In this document: positions 1-11,851 of the stretch, one piece after another
Numbering within the stretch: the stretch's first letter is position 1
How the letters are laid out: the number at the start of each line of letters is the position of its first letter
Program-made: the position numbers and the translations under genes
The notes under the pieces: model-generated
The model's input: the letters and a program-made list of their open reading frames with translations, nothing else
What the model was told of the DNA's origin: nothing
The model's database searches: none
Assembly (NCBI GenBank): GCA_964106645.2
Contig: CAXKZF020000230.1
DNA length: 64,000 nucleotides
Direction: 5' to 3' (one strand)
DNA from: Podarcis pityusensis
Lineage: Eukaryota

Positions 1-586
1 GGACGCCTACCCGCACCAGCTCTCGGGCGGGATGAAGCAGCGCGCCGTCATTGCCATCGCACTGGCTTTAGAACCCGACCTCATCATCATGGACGAGCCG
101 ACCACTGCGCTCGATGTAGTGGTGCAGCGCACCCTCTTGCAAGAGATCGACAGGATTCGCCGCGAGCTCGGTATCGCCATCATCTTTATCACCCACGACC
201 TCTCGCTCTTAGTCGAAATCAGCGACAGCGTCGCCATCATGTATGCGGGCAAGATTATCGAGCGTTCGCCCTCGAGGGGTCTCTACACCGCGCCGCTGCA
301 CCCCTACACGCAAGGGCTCATGCGCGCGTTTCCGCCGCTGGTCGGAGAACGGGAGCGGCGTAGCGGCATCCCCGGCAAGCCGCCCGAACTGCGCGATCCG
401 CCACCGGGCTGCCCCTTCTTCGCCCGCTGCCCCGCCCGTATCGAAGGGCTCTGTGAAACTGTCTCGCCGCCGCTTCAGTCGGTCATGCCAGGGCACGAGG
501 TCGCCTGTCACCTCTACGACGAAGCGCTGCTCGCTGCGCACGGCAAGAGCAGCGCGGGCGTGCAGCCTGGGGAGCTAAGCTTATGA
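1..586 (+). CDS. Peptide/oligosaccharide ABC transporter ATP-binding subunit (DppD/OppD-like), 5'-truncated by window edge
   Basis: YPHQLSGGMKQR signature, DEPTTALD Walker B, C-terminal oligo_HPY motif (HPYT...GCPF..RC...VACH). Confidence 0.93.
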   Translation, partial: DAYPHQLSGGMKQRAVIAIALALEPDLIIMDEPTTALDVVVQRTLLQEIDRIRRELGIAIIFITHDLSLLVEISDSVAIMYAGKIIERSPSRGLYTAPLHPYTQGLMRAFPPLVGERERRSGIPGKPPELRDPPPGCPFFARCPARIEGLCETVSPPLQSVMPGHEVACHLYDEALLAAHGKSSAGVQPGELSL

Positions 587-1648
587 CGCAAGCCATCAAA
601 GTCACCCAACGACCAGCCCCTAAAGGGCCTGTCTTCGTCTCGGACGAGCTGGAAAAGACCTTCAGTATCGGCGGTTTTTTCGGCTCACGACAGGTTCCGG
701 CGGTCCGGGGCATTGACCTCACCATTGGACACCGCGAAGTCCTGGGGCTCGTCGGTGAATCGGGTTCAGGCAAGTCTACGGTTGCGCGCCTTATCGCCAA
801 GCTCTACGCGCCGAGCGGCGGAACCATGCGGCTCACGGGCCAGGAGATTCCTGCAACGCTACGCGGACGTGACCTCCTCGCCTACCGGCGTCGGGTACAG
901 ATGATTTTCCAGGACCCGTTTTCCTCGCTTAACACGGTCTATCCCGTGAGTTACATCTTGCAGCGGCCCCTCTTGGTGCACGGGTTGGCGACGCGGCAAA
1001 ACGTGCGGGACAAGGTCAAGGCGCTACTCGAGCGCTGCGGCCTCAAGCCCGCTGAGCGCTACATCGACAAGTACCCCTATGAACTTTCCGGCGGTGAGCG
1101 CCAGCGCGTGGGTATCGCGCGTGCCCTCGCAGTCGACCCCGAACTCATCCTAGCCGACGAGCCGACCTCGATGCTCGACGTCTCGATTCGCCTGGACATC
1201 ATGAACCTCCTCCTAGACCTCAAGGAGCAGGAAGGCTTGTCGCTGCTCTTTATCACCCACGACCTGGCAGGCGCGCACTACATGAGCGACCGTATCGCTG
1301 TCATGTACGCCGGCAGGCTCATGGAAGTGGGGCCGTCCACGGCGCTCATCCGTGCACCCAAGCACCCGTATACCCAACTCCTCAAACGTGCTGCGCCCAA
1401 ACCCGAAACGGGCCTCGAGCCCGATCAGATCAGGACCAAGGGGGAAGTTCCCGACCTCACGGCCCTGCCGCCGGGCTGCCCCTTCGAGCCGCGCTGCCCC
1501 TTCGCGCACGACCGCTGCCGTGAAACGGCTGCCCGACCTCGTCGAAGTGGCGCCGGGCCACGCCGCCCGCTGCGTGCTCTACTACCCGGACGCGGCCCAA
1601 CTTCAGCCCGAGCGCGTCCAAGGTGTACGGGAAGCCTCACGCGCCTAG
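583..1648 (+). CDS. ABC transporter ATP-binding subunit (DppF/OppF-like); frameshift near 1525
   Basis: GESGSGKS, LSGGERQR, DEPTSMLD; the true C-terminus (LPDLVEVAPGHAARCVLY) lies in the frame ending at 1648. Confidence 0.9.
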
Positions 1649-1687
1649 ACCCTTCGCCACCACGCTTTCACTAAAAGGAAAATTCTC

Positions 1688-2504
1688 ATGTCGTCAGTCG
1701 CTCTAAGTCAACTTTTCGTCTACCCGATCAAATCGGCTGCCGGAATTGCTCTCCCTAGTACAAAAGTAGTCGCGCGGGGTCTCGAGCACGACCGTCGCTG
1801 GATGGTGGTGGACCCCACGGGTATGCTCGTCACCCTGCGTGAACGCCCCGAAACTCGCGCACGTTCAGACGGAACTCGTCGGAGCCTGCTTGCGCCTGAG
1901 CGCGCCGGGGATGCCGCAGCTTACGTTGCCCCTAGAACTCCCGGTTGGCGCGTCAACAACCGCCATCATGTGGACGACGCCCGTCGAGGCGCTCATCGTC
2001 GAGGAGGCGACCGACTGGGTGCGCACTTTTCTGGAGGGCGATTACTGCCTGGTCTACATGCCTGAAGCAGCCTACCGAAACCACGATGTCAGAGCGGACA
2101 CACCCCTCTCGTTTGTTGACGGCAACCCGCTATCACTCATCTCCGAAGCTTCGCTCGCCGACCTGAACGCGCGACTGATGACCCCGGTGGACCTTAGAAG
2201 ATTTCGCCACAATCTTGTCGTCAGCGGTTGTGACGCCTACGCCGAAGATGACTGGGAGACACTCGAAATCGGGGAGCTGAGGCTCGAGCGGCTCGGCCCC
2301 TGTGTTCGCTGCATGCTCGTCAACGTGGACCCGGACAAGGGTATGAACGGACGCGAACCCCTGCGGACGCTGTCGGGTTACCGCCGCGTCGGGCAGGAGG
2401 TTCATTTCGGGCAGCTCTACCGCATCACGGGTGGCGTCTCGAGCACCCTCTCGTGCGGTGATAGCGTGACCCCTAATGGAGGAGACTTGCGTGGCGCGGC
2501 TTAA
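1688..2504 (+). CDS. MOSC-domain protein (YcbX/mARC-like), frameshifted near 1845
   Basis: LFVYPIKS and DRRWMVVD in the first frame; RFRHNLVVSG, AYAEDDW and CVRC in the second frame. Confidence 0.88.
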
Positions 2505-3804
2505 GTGGGTCTACCTGGGCGGCGGCAGTACCCGCGCACCCGGCACGATGGCGTCGTTCGTGGCTCAGGGGGAAAAACTTCGCGGGTTCAGAAGTGGTCC
2601 TCGTCGACCTTGATGCAGAGCGGCTCGAGCTTGTTGCCCGGCTCACACGCAAGCTTGCGGAGGCTCAGGGGCTGGCTTTGACCGTGCGCACGACGACGAA
2701 CCGTACCGAAGCCCCTCCCAGACGCCGACGCGGTACTCTCGAGCTTCCGCCCCGGTGGTTTCGAGATGCGCTACCTCGACGAGAGTATCCCGCTTAAACA
2801 TGGCGTCATCGGGCAGGAGACGCAAGGACCCGGCGGTTTTCTTTATGGCCCTGCGTTCGATTCACGTGATCAAGGAACTTGTCGCGGAGATGGAGCGGCT
2901 CTGTCCCCGAGCTGTCCTTTTCAACTACACCAACCCCGTCAACATCGTCGCTGAGGCCGTGACGCACAACAGCAGCGTTCAGACCATATCGCTCTGCGAA
3001 GGCCCTATCACCTTTCCTCGAGAGCTGACCGCTGCAGCAGGGCTCGACCCGGACAAGCTCGACGCAACGATGACGGGGCTCAACCACGCCTGCTGGAGCG
3101 TTCGGCATCTCTACGACGGCGAGGACATCATGCCGCTGATTCGGGAGGCGTACGCCCGCGAGCGGGCCGACGCCGAAAGGACGGGTCAGGTGCACTGGGC
3201 GCTCTGGTGGCTCGAGCTCGCCTCGACAATGGACAGCCTGCCCGCCTCGTACTTTCAGTATTACTACTATAAGGACGAGCGGCTCGCTGAGCTTCAGGCG
3301 AAGCCCACTACGCGCTCGCAGGACATCCTGGCGGCAGTGCCGGGATACTGGGCGCACTACCAGGAGCAGCTTGCTACCGACGCGCCCCAACTCGACCCGG
3401 CCCGCTCACGCGGCGGGATTCACGAGTTAGAACTCGCCTTCGACGTCATGGACGCGATGTTCAACGACCGCCGGGAGGTCTGGCCGGTCAACATTCCGAA
3501 CCGGGGCGCGCTCCCCGACTTTCCCGCTGACAGGGTCGTGGAGGTTCCGGCCCTCATCGGCGCACAGGGCGCGACACCCCTCGTTCAACCGCCTTTGCCG
3601 CGCGCGGTGGTTGGGCTCGTCAGGCAGCTTGGCGAGTACCAGGCGCTCACAGCCCAAGCCGCCTGGAATGGGAACCGCAAAGAGGCGATTAGGGCGCTCG
3701 CTAGCCATCCGCTGATGCTCTCGTTACCCAAAACTGAAGCTGTCTACAGCGAAATGGCGCACGCCATGAAGGCCTATTTGCCCGAGCGGCTCTGGCGGGC
3801 CTAA
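2491..3804 (+). CDS. Glycoside hydrolase family 4 (NAD-dependent 6-phospho-beta-glucosidase-like), several frameshifts
   Basis: YLGGGST Rossmann motif, DESIPLKHGVIGQETQGPGG, NYTNP, SLCE and GLNH motifs spread across frames. Confidence 0.9.
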
Positions 3805-3808
3805 CCTT

Positions 3809-4786
3809 ATGGCGGCAGACTATTTCTTAGGCGTCGATGCGGGCAATTCTAAAACTGTAGCGCTTGTCGCCCAGGCGGATGGCCGCATCATCGGCTGGGG
3901 GCGCAGTGGGGGCGGGGACATCTACGTTTCTGAAGAGGGGGCGATAGCAGCGGTAGAAGCAGCGGTGGCGCAGGCGCTCGAGGCTGCCATGCTGTGCCCC
4001 AAGGACCTTACAGCGTCGTGCCTCAGTCTTGTCGGGGCCGACTGGCCCGAGGACTTCGCCTTCTGGCAAGGTGAAGCCGAGGCACGGGGCTACGGTCAAA
4101 GGATACTTATCGTCAATGACGCCCTCGGCGCACTCCGGGCAGGTGCCGCGGGGGACGGCGTGGCCATCGTCTGTGGTACGGGAGCAGCAGTTGGTGCACG
4201 CCACGACGACAGGGTTTGGCACAGTTCGTTCTGGCAAGAACCCACCGGGGGCTTCGAATTGGGTGAACGCGCGTTACGGGCAGCCTATCGTGCTGAGCTC
4301 GGGCTAGCCCCGAGGACACACTTGACGGACATGGTCCTGCAGCACTGTAGCTACCCGAGTATCGAGGCACTTCTGCACGGGATGACAGCTCGGAGCACGC
4401 GAGCGAGCAGGCGCCCGGACGGCCTGTCGCGCCTGCTTCTAGACGCTGCAGCATTAGGGGATGAAGCAGCAGTGGAGGAAGTGAACCGCGCTGCCCAAAT
4501 TTTAGTGGACTACGCTTGGGTTGCGGCTCGCAAGGTGGGTTTGGGCGAGCATCCGTTTCCCGTGGTGCTGGCAGGCGGGGTGCTACGCCATGAGAGTGGC
4601 ATACTCCGAGAAACCATCGCCGCTGGTCTGGAGGATAAGTTCCCGCAGGCTGTCTGCGAGATTGCACCCTTTGAGCCTGTGGTGGGCGCGCTCATGCTGG
4701 CGTTTGATTCTCACCTCGCCAATCCCTTAAGCGACTACCGCGTGCTTACCGCGAGCTTGCCCGTCACGGAGTTTTTCGCCACCTGA
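3809..4786 (+). CDS. BadF/BcrAD-family sugar kinase (N-acetylglucosamine kinase-like)
   Basis: LGVDAGNSKT, VNDA, CGTGA and VVLAGGV ASKHA motifs. Confidence 0.88.
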   Translation: MAADYFLGVDAGNSKTVALVAQADGRIIGWGRSGGGDIYVSEEGAIAAVEAAVAQALEAAMLCPKDLTASCLSLVGADWPEDFAFWQGEAEARGYGQRILIVNDALGALRAGAAGDGVAIVCGTGAAVGARHDDRVWHSSFWQEPTGGFELGERALRAAYRAELGLAPRTHLTDMVLQHCSYPSIEALLHGMTARSTRASRRPDGLSRLLLDAAALGDEAAVEEVNRAAQILVDYAWVAARKVGLGEHPFPVVLAGGVLRHESGILRETIAAGLEDKFPQAVCEIAPFEPVVGALMLAFDSHLANPLSDYRVLTASLPVTEFFAT

Positions 4787-4838
4787 TGCTGGATTAAAAC
4801 GGAATGCAGAAGTCTTCCCCTTTTCGTGAGGATGTGCC

Positions 4839-5558
4839 ATGAACCTGTTTATTGCAGACGACTATGAGGCGCTAAGCCAACAAGGTGCCGACATCATCGC
4901 GCTCGAGCTAACCAAGAATCCCACTGCCGCTCTGCTAGTAGCTACCGGCAACACGCCTATGCGCATGTACCAACGGCTGGCCGCCCTCCGAGAACAGGGC
5001 GGGCTTGTCACCTCCGGATTGCAGGTGTTTCAGCTTGACGAGTACCTAGGCGTGAGTTTCGAGGATGACCGCTCCCTCTATGGCTGGATGAAGAGGTCTT
5101 TCCTGAATCCCCTGGGGATCCCTGATGATCGGGTCGTTCGCCTGAGGGGGGATACAAAAAGTTCGGAAACCGCTTGTCGAGTTTACGATGAGCAAGTGCG
5201 GGCCCGGCACGGTATCGATTTGGCTATTTTAGGCTTAGGACCCAACGGTCATTTGGGCTTTAACGAACCGCCCGCCGACCCAACCGCCCCGACTCGAGTT
5301 GTAACCCTGAGCCCCAGCAGCATCCAAAGCAACGCTGCCTACTGGGGAAGTTCTGAGCGTGTACTCCAACAGGCGGTGACGGCAGGGATGAACGTCATTC
5401 TGGGTGCAAAGCACATCGTGCTGGTGGTCTCAGGAAAACATAAGCATGATATCTTGCGCCGTAGTCTGCAAGGTCCCATTACACCGCAGCTACCGGCCTC
5501 GTACCTCCAGAAGGGCCAAGTCACGGTAATTGCAGACCGGGATGCCTGGGACGGATAG
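4839..5558 (+). CDS. nagB: Glucosamine-6-phosphate deaminase
   Basis: ATGNTP, QLDEY, LGLGPNGHLGFNEP, PASYLQ. Confidence 0.93.
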   Translation: MNLFIADDYEALSQQGADIIALELTKNPTAALLVATGNTPMRMYQRLAALREQGGLVTSGLQVFQLDEYLGVSFEDDRSLYGWMKRSFLNPLGIPDDRVVRLRGDTKSSETACRVYDEQVRARHGIDLAILGLGPNGHLGFNEPPADPTAPTRVVTLSPSSIQSNAAYWGSSERVLQQAVTAGMNVILGAKHIVLVVSGKHKHDILRRSLQGPITPQLPASYLQKGQVTVIADRDAWDG

Positions 5559-5567
5559 ACTGACCGA

Positions 5568-6532
5568 GTGGTTATTGTGACCACCGAAGAAGCCGAACTC
5601 ACCTTGCACTCGGCGCTAACCGGGAATGCTGAAGCGCCTGAGTTCACCGGGTGGTTCGACTTCGTGCCGGAGCTATTTCATCCGGTGGAGGTCTATAGGG
5701 CGTCGCATTACAGCTGGGAGAATGGTGATAAGCCTGAGTCAATGACGAAACCGTGCGCCAAACCGTCATGCCGGACGGTGTGGGTTGTGTTGAAACTAAA
5801 GCCAGGTGCCGCCCGAACGCACCGCCCGGGACGAAGCGCGGGCGGTGCAGACGATGCTCGAGAAGCTGATCAAGTACGACTGCCGCCCGCTCACCGAAGC
5901 GCGCCCCCGAGGCGCGCCTCGTCGGCTGCTGCCGCGACTTTGCGGTGCTGTTGTGCAGCCTGCTCCGCCAGCAGGGCGTCCCGGCGCGGGTACGCTACGG
6001 CTTCTCGCTGTACTTCACGCCGCGCTTCGGCTGCGACCACGTGATCACTGAGTACTGGGAGCATAAGTCCGCGAGATGGGTGCGGGTGGACCCACAACAG
6101 GACGCCCGGCACCGTGCCCTGAATAAGCTCGTGTTCAGCCCACAAGATGTCCCCCGCGACTGGTTCCTAAGCGCCGGACGGGCTTGGCAGTTGGCGTGCG
6201 GCGGTCTCACGGACGATAAGCGTTTCGGTTACGACCGCGGCCTCGCAGGGTTGTGGGTCATGCAGCAGTACTTGGTTCATGACGTGGCGGCGCTCAACCA
6301 GGTAGAACTGCTCAACGGAGACCAGTGGGGGCTCTGCCACATCGGTCCGGAAACGACCCTGACCAATGAAGAGGCGGCCGTGTTGGACGGGGCCGCCCTG
6401 CTGACGCAGGCGGACGACTTAGCGGCGCTACGCCAGGTTTACGAGGCGCAGCGCGGCTTGCGGGTGCCCAATACGTTCACGTCGCTGAGCCTGACTCACG
6501 AGCAGCGTGAGGTTCGCTTAGGGGCGGGCTGA
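5568..6532 (+). CDS. Transglutaminase-like domain protein (frameshifted)
   Basis: CCRDFAVLLCSLLRQQGVPARVRYGF...DHVITEYW...WVRVD (Cys-His-Asp) spread over several frames; 5' start uncertain. Confidence 0.75.
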
Positions 6533-6813
6533 AGGAGACCGCGAACGAAGTTTGTCAAGAGCTCCTCAAGTTGGCCGTCCGCCAGGCTCTTAGTTGCGTC
6601 CCTGGCAACCATCTGGGCGACCTCAAGCGTCGAGGTTTCTCGACCCCGGAACCCTTGTGCCGTGGCCGACGACGTACGACAGGCTGCTTTATCCATCAAA
6701 CTCCCCAAACCGACCGCTCGGCCGGGGAACAGCCCGACTCGACTTGGAAAGACGGCATTCCCGAATAAATTTGGAATGGAAAAACGATGTTGACGGGCGG
6801 CTAGAGTGACTAG

Positions 6814-8199
6814 TCCTACAGTTGCAGTTGGCGTCTTTGCCGTTGGTAATGAGCCCGTTTCGCGTGAGCTTGATGCCGTCGCCGCCAGCACGACCAAGCC
6901 AGGACAACCTGTGAATTCAACTTGTCACGCCAGAGTAGTAGACAAAGCAAGTGCCGCACCTCTGGCACGCTCAACACGATAAGTTCACCGCCCGCATCGC
7001 CCCCTTTTTCGCCTCACGGGCACGAATGACACTCAGGAACGCGTGAGCCAGCAGTAACAGCGTGGTATGGCGATACCAGCCTGTCCAGGAGCGTGTTTCG
7101 TACTCATCCAGACCAGCTTCTCCCTTGACAGCCTCGAACCCGGTTTCAATCGTCCATCGGGTACCCGCAATCTGTACCACCTCAGCGAACTCGGTGTGCT
7201 GAGGGGCGAAGACGACGTAATAGGCGAGTTCCTCAGGATCGTCCAGGCTGCGCCTTGCCAGGAACCACCGGTCGAACCCTGGTTCGATGAGGGGTGCAAG
7301 TGCAGGATACGTCGTGCTTAAGTCCCGCAGGCTCAACCACGCCCAGTCATAAACACGTTCTCCTTTACTGCCGCTGCCCGCCGATAAGCGTTCCCAAGCT
7401 TTTGGCTCGAGTGTCTAAACAACTCGGCGATGTGAGGCTGTTGCAGCCCGCGCTCAGCAATGAAACGCAGCATGAAGTTGGCAGGTACCGCCAGGATATA
7501 AGGTTGATGGCGTTTCTCTAGCAGCTGGCGCACCTTGCCTGAGGAGTACACCGTGTCGGCCGTAACCCACGCCGCTTGAACACCCGCCTTGAACGCACGC
7601 TGGAGCATTTGTTCAGCCAGTTGCGGTTTGGTCAGGAACGCCTGATCTTCGGGAACCTGGACTTGGTTGCGGCGCCTTTCATCACCTGCCCACTCTTGGG
7701 GTAAAAATAGCTCACGATCGATGAAGGCTGTGCCCGCTTTGCTCGCATAGGCCAGAAACACCCCTACCTGACAGTTCTCGATCCGTCCGGCTGTACCCGA
7801 ATACTGCCGCTTGACGCCCACCGAGCGTTCGCCCTTCTTCAAAAAGCCTGTTTCATCAATAACCAGCACAGCTTCTTTCGAGCCAAGGTTGTCTAAAACA
7901 TAGCTGCACAGGTCATCGCGTACTCCCTCTGCATCCCACTGCGAGTTGTTCAGCAAGCGCTGCGTACCGTAAGGTGTCGCTTCACCCGCCTGTTCGGCCA
8001 GCCGCCAGCCGTTCTTGCGCTTGACCGGGCCAAGTAGCCCTCGTAGGTAAGAAAGCGCTCGTTGCCGCGGCTCAGCCCGGCTGAAGCGAGGGGCGATTCG
8101 GGCGTGCAGGCTATCAAGCTCATCTGCCCACTCGCGTACCTGATCCAAAGACGGAATAGTCATGTCATCAGCTTAAAAGCTTTAACTGCAACTGTAGGA
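6814..8199 (-). mobile_element. IS701-family insertion sequence with a frameshifted transposase (ORFs 7333..8163 and 6971..7336)
   Basis: 16-bp terminal IRs TCCTACAGTTGCAGTT / AACTGCAACTGTAGGA, CTAG on both flanks, [29 protein letters not shown] and WRRRHQ motifs. Confidence 0.95.
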
Positions 8200-8203
8200 C
8201 TAG

Positions 8204-8776
8204 GATACCCCCGATGCTTGTCGGTCACGACCTCTGCTGGTGTAGCACCTCGCCGTTCGATGGCTTGTTTGAACAAGGCGTTGGCACTCTCCAAGTCGCG
8301 CTTTTCACACATAAGGATATCGACAACTTGCCCTTGATCATCGACTGCGCGGTAGAGGTAGGCCCACGTGCTCTCGACCCTGAGGTAAATTTCGTTGACG
8401 AACCAGCGCGTCCCAAGGACTTTGGCTTTGTGCCTCGCCGCCTCTGCCAGCAGGGGGCTGACCTTTTGTACCCAGTGGTGTACGGTATGCCGAGTGACGT
8501 CGACGCCACGCTCGGCCAGTAAGTCACGCACCTCGGCTGCCGAAAGCTGAAAGCGTAAATATCAGCGCACCGTCATCACAATCACAGCTTGCGACCAGCG
8601 GTGAGCCGCGAAAGGCGTGCCCGTTTTAGCTGTGAAGGTTCTGCGGCAGCTTAGACAGCGGTAGCGTTGGGTTAGGCCCGGTCGCGGCCGTCCTTCTTGC
8701 TCGTCGTACTGGCGCAGTGCGGGCAACTCGCCATGACCGACCCTACCCGCAGCACAGCCTGCTGCACCAGTCTCCT
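8204..8776 (-). mobile_element. IS6-family transposase remnant with N-terminal zinc ribbon, cut by IS701
   Basis: LLAERGVDV, YLYRAVDDQGQVVD, VVTDK; homologous to the copy at 24230-25169. Confidence 0.85.
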
Positions 8777-8869
8777 CATAGATCAAGGAGGTAGGTATAG
8801 AACGCCTCATCGCGCTCCCAACCTGAAGCTTCATACACGCTCTGAGCACTTCTGTTACTTACTCCTGTT

Positions 8870-9229
8870 CTAAGCAGCAAACCCTTTAGCCTGTGTCTCC
8901 AAAGCGTGCTGCTGCGCCCGTTCGAGCAGCGCTTTAGCAACCCCGCCGCGGCGCGCCTCCGGCATCACAAAAAGATCGTTGAGAAGCCACAACCGTTTCA
9001 TCGAAGGTGACGAAAACGAGGGAAAAAGCTGAGTGAATCCAACTGGCCCGTTCATATCAGCCAGGAAGATTACGCTGTCATTCTGCGTCAGGCGCGTTTC
9101 CAGAAACACGCGGGAAGCATCGAGATCGGACGGTTGCCGGTAAAACACCCTGTACCCGTCAAACAGCGGCACTAGTACTTCCGGGTGAGAGGCGTCGGCA
9201 CGGTAGATGGTGAGCGGTTCAGGTTGCAT
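8870..9229 (-). CDS. GNAT acetyltransferase (C-terminus frameshifted or truncated)
   Basis: LFDGYRVFY, GFTQLFPSFSS, WLLNDLFV..ARRGGVA. Confidence 0.85.
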   Translation of the reverse strand: MQPEPLTIYRADASHPEVLVPLFDGYRVFYRQPSDLDASRVFLETRLTQNDSVIFLADMNGPVGFTQLFPSFSSPSMKRLWLLNDLFVMPEARRGGVAKALLERAQQHALETQAKGFAA

Positions 9230-9379
9230 GTTTTTTCACTCTACCGCTCTACCTGTTCTTTGTCCTGGCTGGACAGTTTTCGTTTTTGCTCCGCCCACCA
9301 CCTAATACCGAATTGTTGGTAGTCGGTTCCGACTGTGAATTCGGCAGGGTTGTAACGGTCTGGATAGAGTGTTTCAGCT

Positions 9380-9553
9380 CTAGGTGTTGCGCTTGTTGAC
9401 AGCCGCGTTGTAAGAGAAAAAGCCGGAGGAAAAGCCTGCAACTGTAACGGCGATGAGCGCCCAAGTGCGATCATCGGTGGGGATGATAAGCGTCATAACA
9501 AAAGTAGCGACGAGACTGATAACCGCCGAGATAAGACCTGAACCAAACTCCAC
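9380..9553 (-). CDS. Small two-TM membrane protein, 57 aa (not in ORF track)
   Basis: Hand translation: GTG start, VEFGSGLISAVISLVATFVMTLIIPTDDRTWALIAVTVAGFSSGFFSYNAAVNKRNT*, preceded by AGAGGG. Confidence 0.55.
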   Translation of the reverse strand: MEFGSGLISAVISLVATFVMTLIIPTDDRTWALIAVTVAGFSSGFFSYNAAVNKRNT

Positions 9554-9669
9554 TTATGTTACACCCTCTTATCACCACGAGAAGTGAAGATGTGATAGCA
9601 CTATGGCGAGTTTAGCAGTTCAGGGCGCTCGGAGTGGTCATGACGAAATCAGCGAGATGGTTTCAACTC

Positions 9670-9850
9670 GGCATACACCAAAGTCGTTCCGAGTAAACGC
9701 CATCAGGCCGTAGGCGAGTGCAGCGGCAAAACAAACCACATCGAACGCTTCAACTGCACCCTAAGGCAACGGGTCTCACGGCTTGTCCGCAGCACCCTGT
9801 CGTTCTCAAAAAAGCTTGAGAACCACATCGGCGCCATCTGGACCTTCAAT
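9670..9850 (+). mobile_element. IS1-family InsB C-terminal remnant
   Basis: [39 protein letters not shown] on + strand. Confidence 0.85.
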
Positions 9851-10042
9851 CTCTCTCGAATCGAGGCGGGGCTGGATGTGGGCATAGCGGCTGATGCGCC
9901 GAAACTCGCTTAGCTGCCATTCAGTCGTAACAATATCGAAATCACCATTGAGCCAAAGCTTTAAGACGCTTGCCGTTGTTTCTTCAGGCGAGATGAGATG
10001 AAAAGCAGCAATCAGAACATTGGTATATAGCACCACCCGCAT
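9850..10042 (-). pseudogene. PIN-domain toxin, truncated by the IS1 remnant
   Basis: MRVVLYTNVLIAA (PIN start with first Asp changed to Tyr); follows a small antitoxin gene. Confidence 0.7.
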
Positions 10043-10273
10043 CTACTGATTGCGGTTCTGTCTTACCCACTTCATAGCATTAGTCGCCAGCTTCAGGGCG
10101 TCCTCATCGCTGAGGTCACGGTTACGCTCATGCACAGCGTCAAGAGTCTCAAAAAACTCCGGCGAGATGCCACGGCGACGCCGCTCGAAACGCTCGATCT
10201 GCTCGAGTAGGTCGGGCAGCGCTGCATCATCCATCCTGGCGATGCGCTCGCGGATTTCCTCACGGGTCATCAT
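10043..10273 (-). CDS. Putative antitoxin of the PIN module
   Basis: 76 aa charged helical protein directly upstream of the PIN gene. Confidence 0.6.
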   Translation of the reverse strand: MMTREEIRERIARMDDAALPDLLEQIERFERRRRGISPEFFETLDAVHERNRDLSDEDALKLATNAMKWVRQNRNQ

Positions 10274-10339
10274 ACTTTAAGGATAGGGATTTTCAAGGGC
10301 CGGTCAATTTCTCAAACGACCTTTTGCAAATTTTTATCT

Positions 10340-11115
10340 CGAGCCCATCTTGCAGGAGGTTCGGGTTTCGGTGACTCCGGGTCGCGCACGCTTAGAACGG
10401 TACTTGGGCGTGTTCAAGGCATAGAGCCCGTCACGCCGCATGAGCCGTTTGACGCGGCCTAGTGAGCAGGGCACTTCTTGCTTGTTGAGTTCAGCGTGAA
10501 CCCGAGGACTGCCATACCTGCCCTTATGGTTGGTGAACACCGTTTTGATCTGCTCTAGCAGCGCGAGATTAGCTTTTTCGCGTTCACTTGGTGATTGCCG
10601 CCGCTGGCGAGCGTGGTAGTAACTATTTCTCGGCACCGCCAACACTTCACAAAGGACGCTGACCGGAAACTCGTTTTTGTGGGCGTCAACGAAAGCGCAT
10701 TTTAGGTCGAGTGCCTGGCAAAATAAATGGCGGCCTTTTTTGTCAGCGAAGCGCCGAGGTTTTGCCGTCCAATCGCCTACTCCATTTCAAGCCGCTTCAC
10801 CTCACCTTGCAAGCGCCTCAATTCGGCTTCCTCAGCGGTTGGCTGCGCACGCTGATGACCTGGTAGCAAGCGACCTTCGCGGTATTGCCTCCGACCGAAG
10901 GAAGTGCCCGTGGCACGCCAATTCGTGGGGTTGGCTTTTGGGATCCCAAGACTATTATCTGCCCCCGAGACGGTGTAACCTTTCTCCTCTATAAGCTTCA
11001 CTGCATCAATCTCAAACTCCATCGGGTATTGCCTGACAACTCGTTTACTTTCGGACATGAGCTTCTCCTTGGCAAGATTCTAGACCCTGCTGGTTTTGTC
11101 CAAGGAAATGAACCA
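10340..11115 (-). mobile_element. IS3-family element, copy A (degenerate, 3'-truncated)
   Basis: orfA RQYPMEFEIDAV; orfB YGSPRVHAEL; TGGT...CCTTGGACAAAACC left end; inverted copy of 41530-42535. Confidence 0.88.
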
Positions 11116-11525
11116 AGGCCACCTTTCGTTTTCTCAAAACCACCCTCAACTGGCAAACGCCGCAGCTACGGCACCCTGAACAAGCAGACATTTGGTCGTG
11201 GCTGGTACTGCTCGCTTTCACGCAACTTAGACTCGCTAAGGGCATGGTGACGGACGTGAAGTTACCCTGGCAGCGACCTCAGGAGCCGCAGCGGATGACG
11301 CCAAGTAGGGTCCGGCGTGGCTTTATCGAACTTTTACCGGTACTTGCTACACCTGCATCCATGCCAAAATCCTGCGGCAAGTCACCAGGACGACCCCAGG
11401 GCAGCCTCTCTGGCAGAGCAACGCGCTTTCCTGCACGACAACGCCGTACCAGCAACGCCAAACACCTCCATCAACCACCCCAAAACCTCTACCCTGAATC
11501 TCCAAACAGTTAAATCACAAGCTAA
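11116..11525 (+). mobile_element. C-terminal half and right end of an IS701/IS4-like transposase
   Basis: TFRFLK..LNWQTPQLRHPEQADIWSWL..QLRLA..LPWQ..TPSRVRRGF..GKSPGRP; end CAAACAGTTAAATCACAAG is the inverted repeat of the end at about 20933-20951. Confidence 0.78.
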
Positions 11526-11851
11526 GTTTCCTTGGCTCATAGGCATTGACGCCGAGTGGCCCGTCAGAACACCACCGAGAATTTCCGCCTCGAGAATACG
11601 CGCGCTTTAAAGCGGCAAAGCCAGGGTAGAGGAGAGTTTTATATCGCTCTAGAAAATTCTCAATGGTAGGCAAAAAGCAAAAAGAATAGGTACGAGACCG
11701 ACATTAAGCGCATTTATTTTCGAGCCATAGTTTTCTGGGTGTCCGGCATGTAGTCGCCTGTCAATCCCGTTTGGGCGCACTTCGGTCGTGACGTGCTCAA
11801 GGATGAGCCCAATTACCTGTAGGACTACGCGCTAATGCTTTTTAGCGTGTT

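Noticed and set aside
583-6532. Programmed frameshifting or mass pseudogenisation of the sugar operon
   Set aside because: Single-base indels, often in short homopolymers, occur throughout the window; long-read error is the simpler explanation.
6533-6809. Additional IS remnant left of IS701
   Set aside because: An end-like sequence is present, but no transposase motif could be recognised in any frame.
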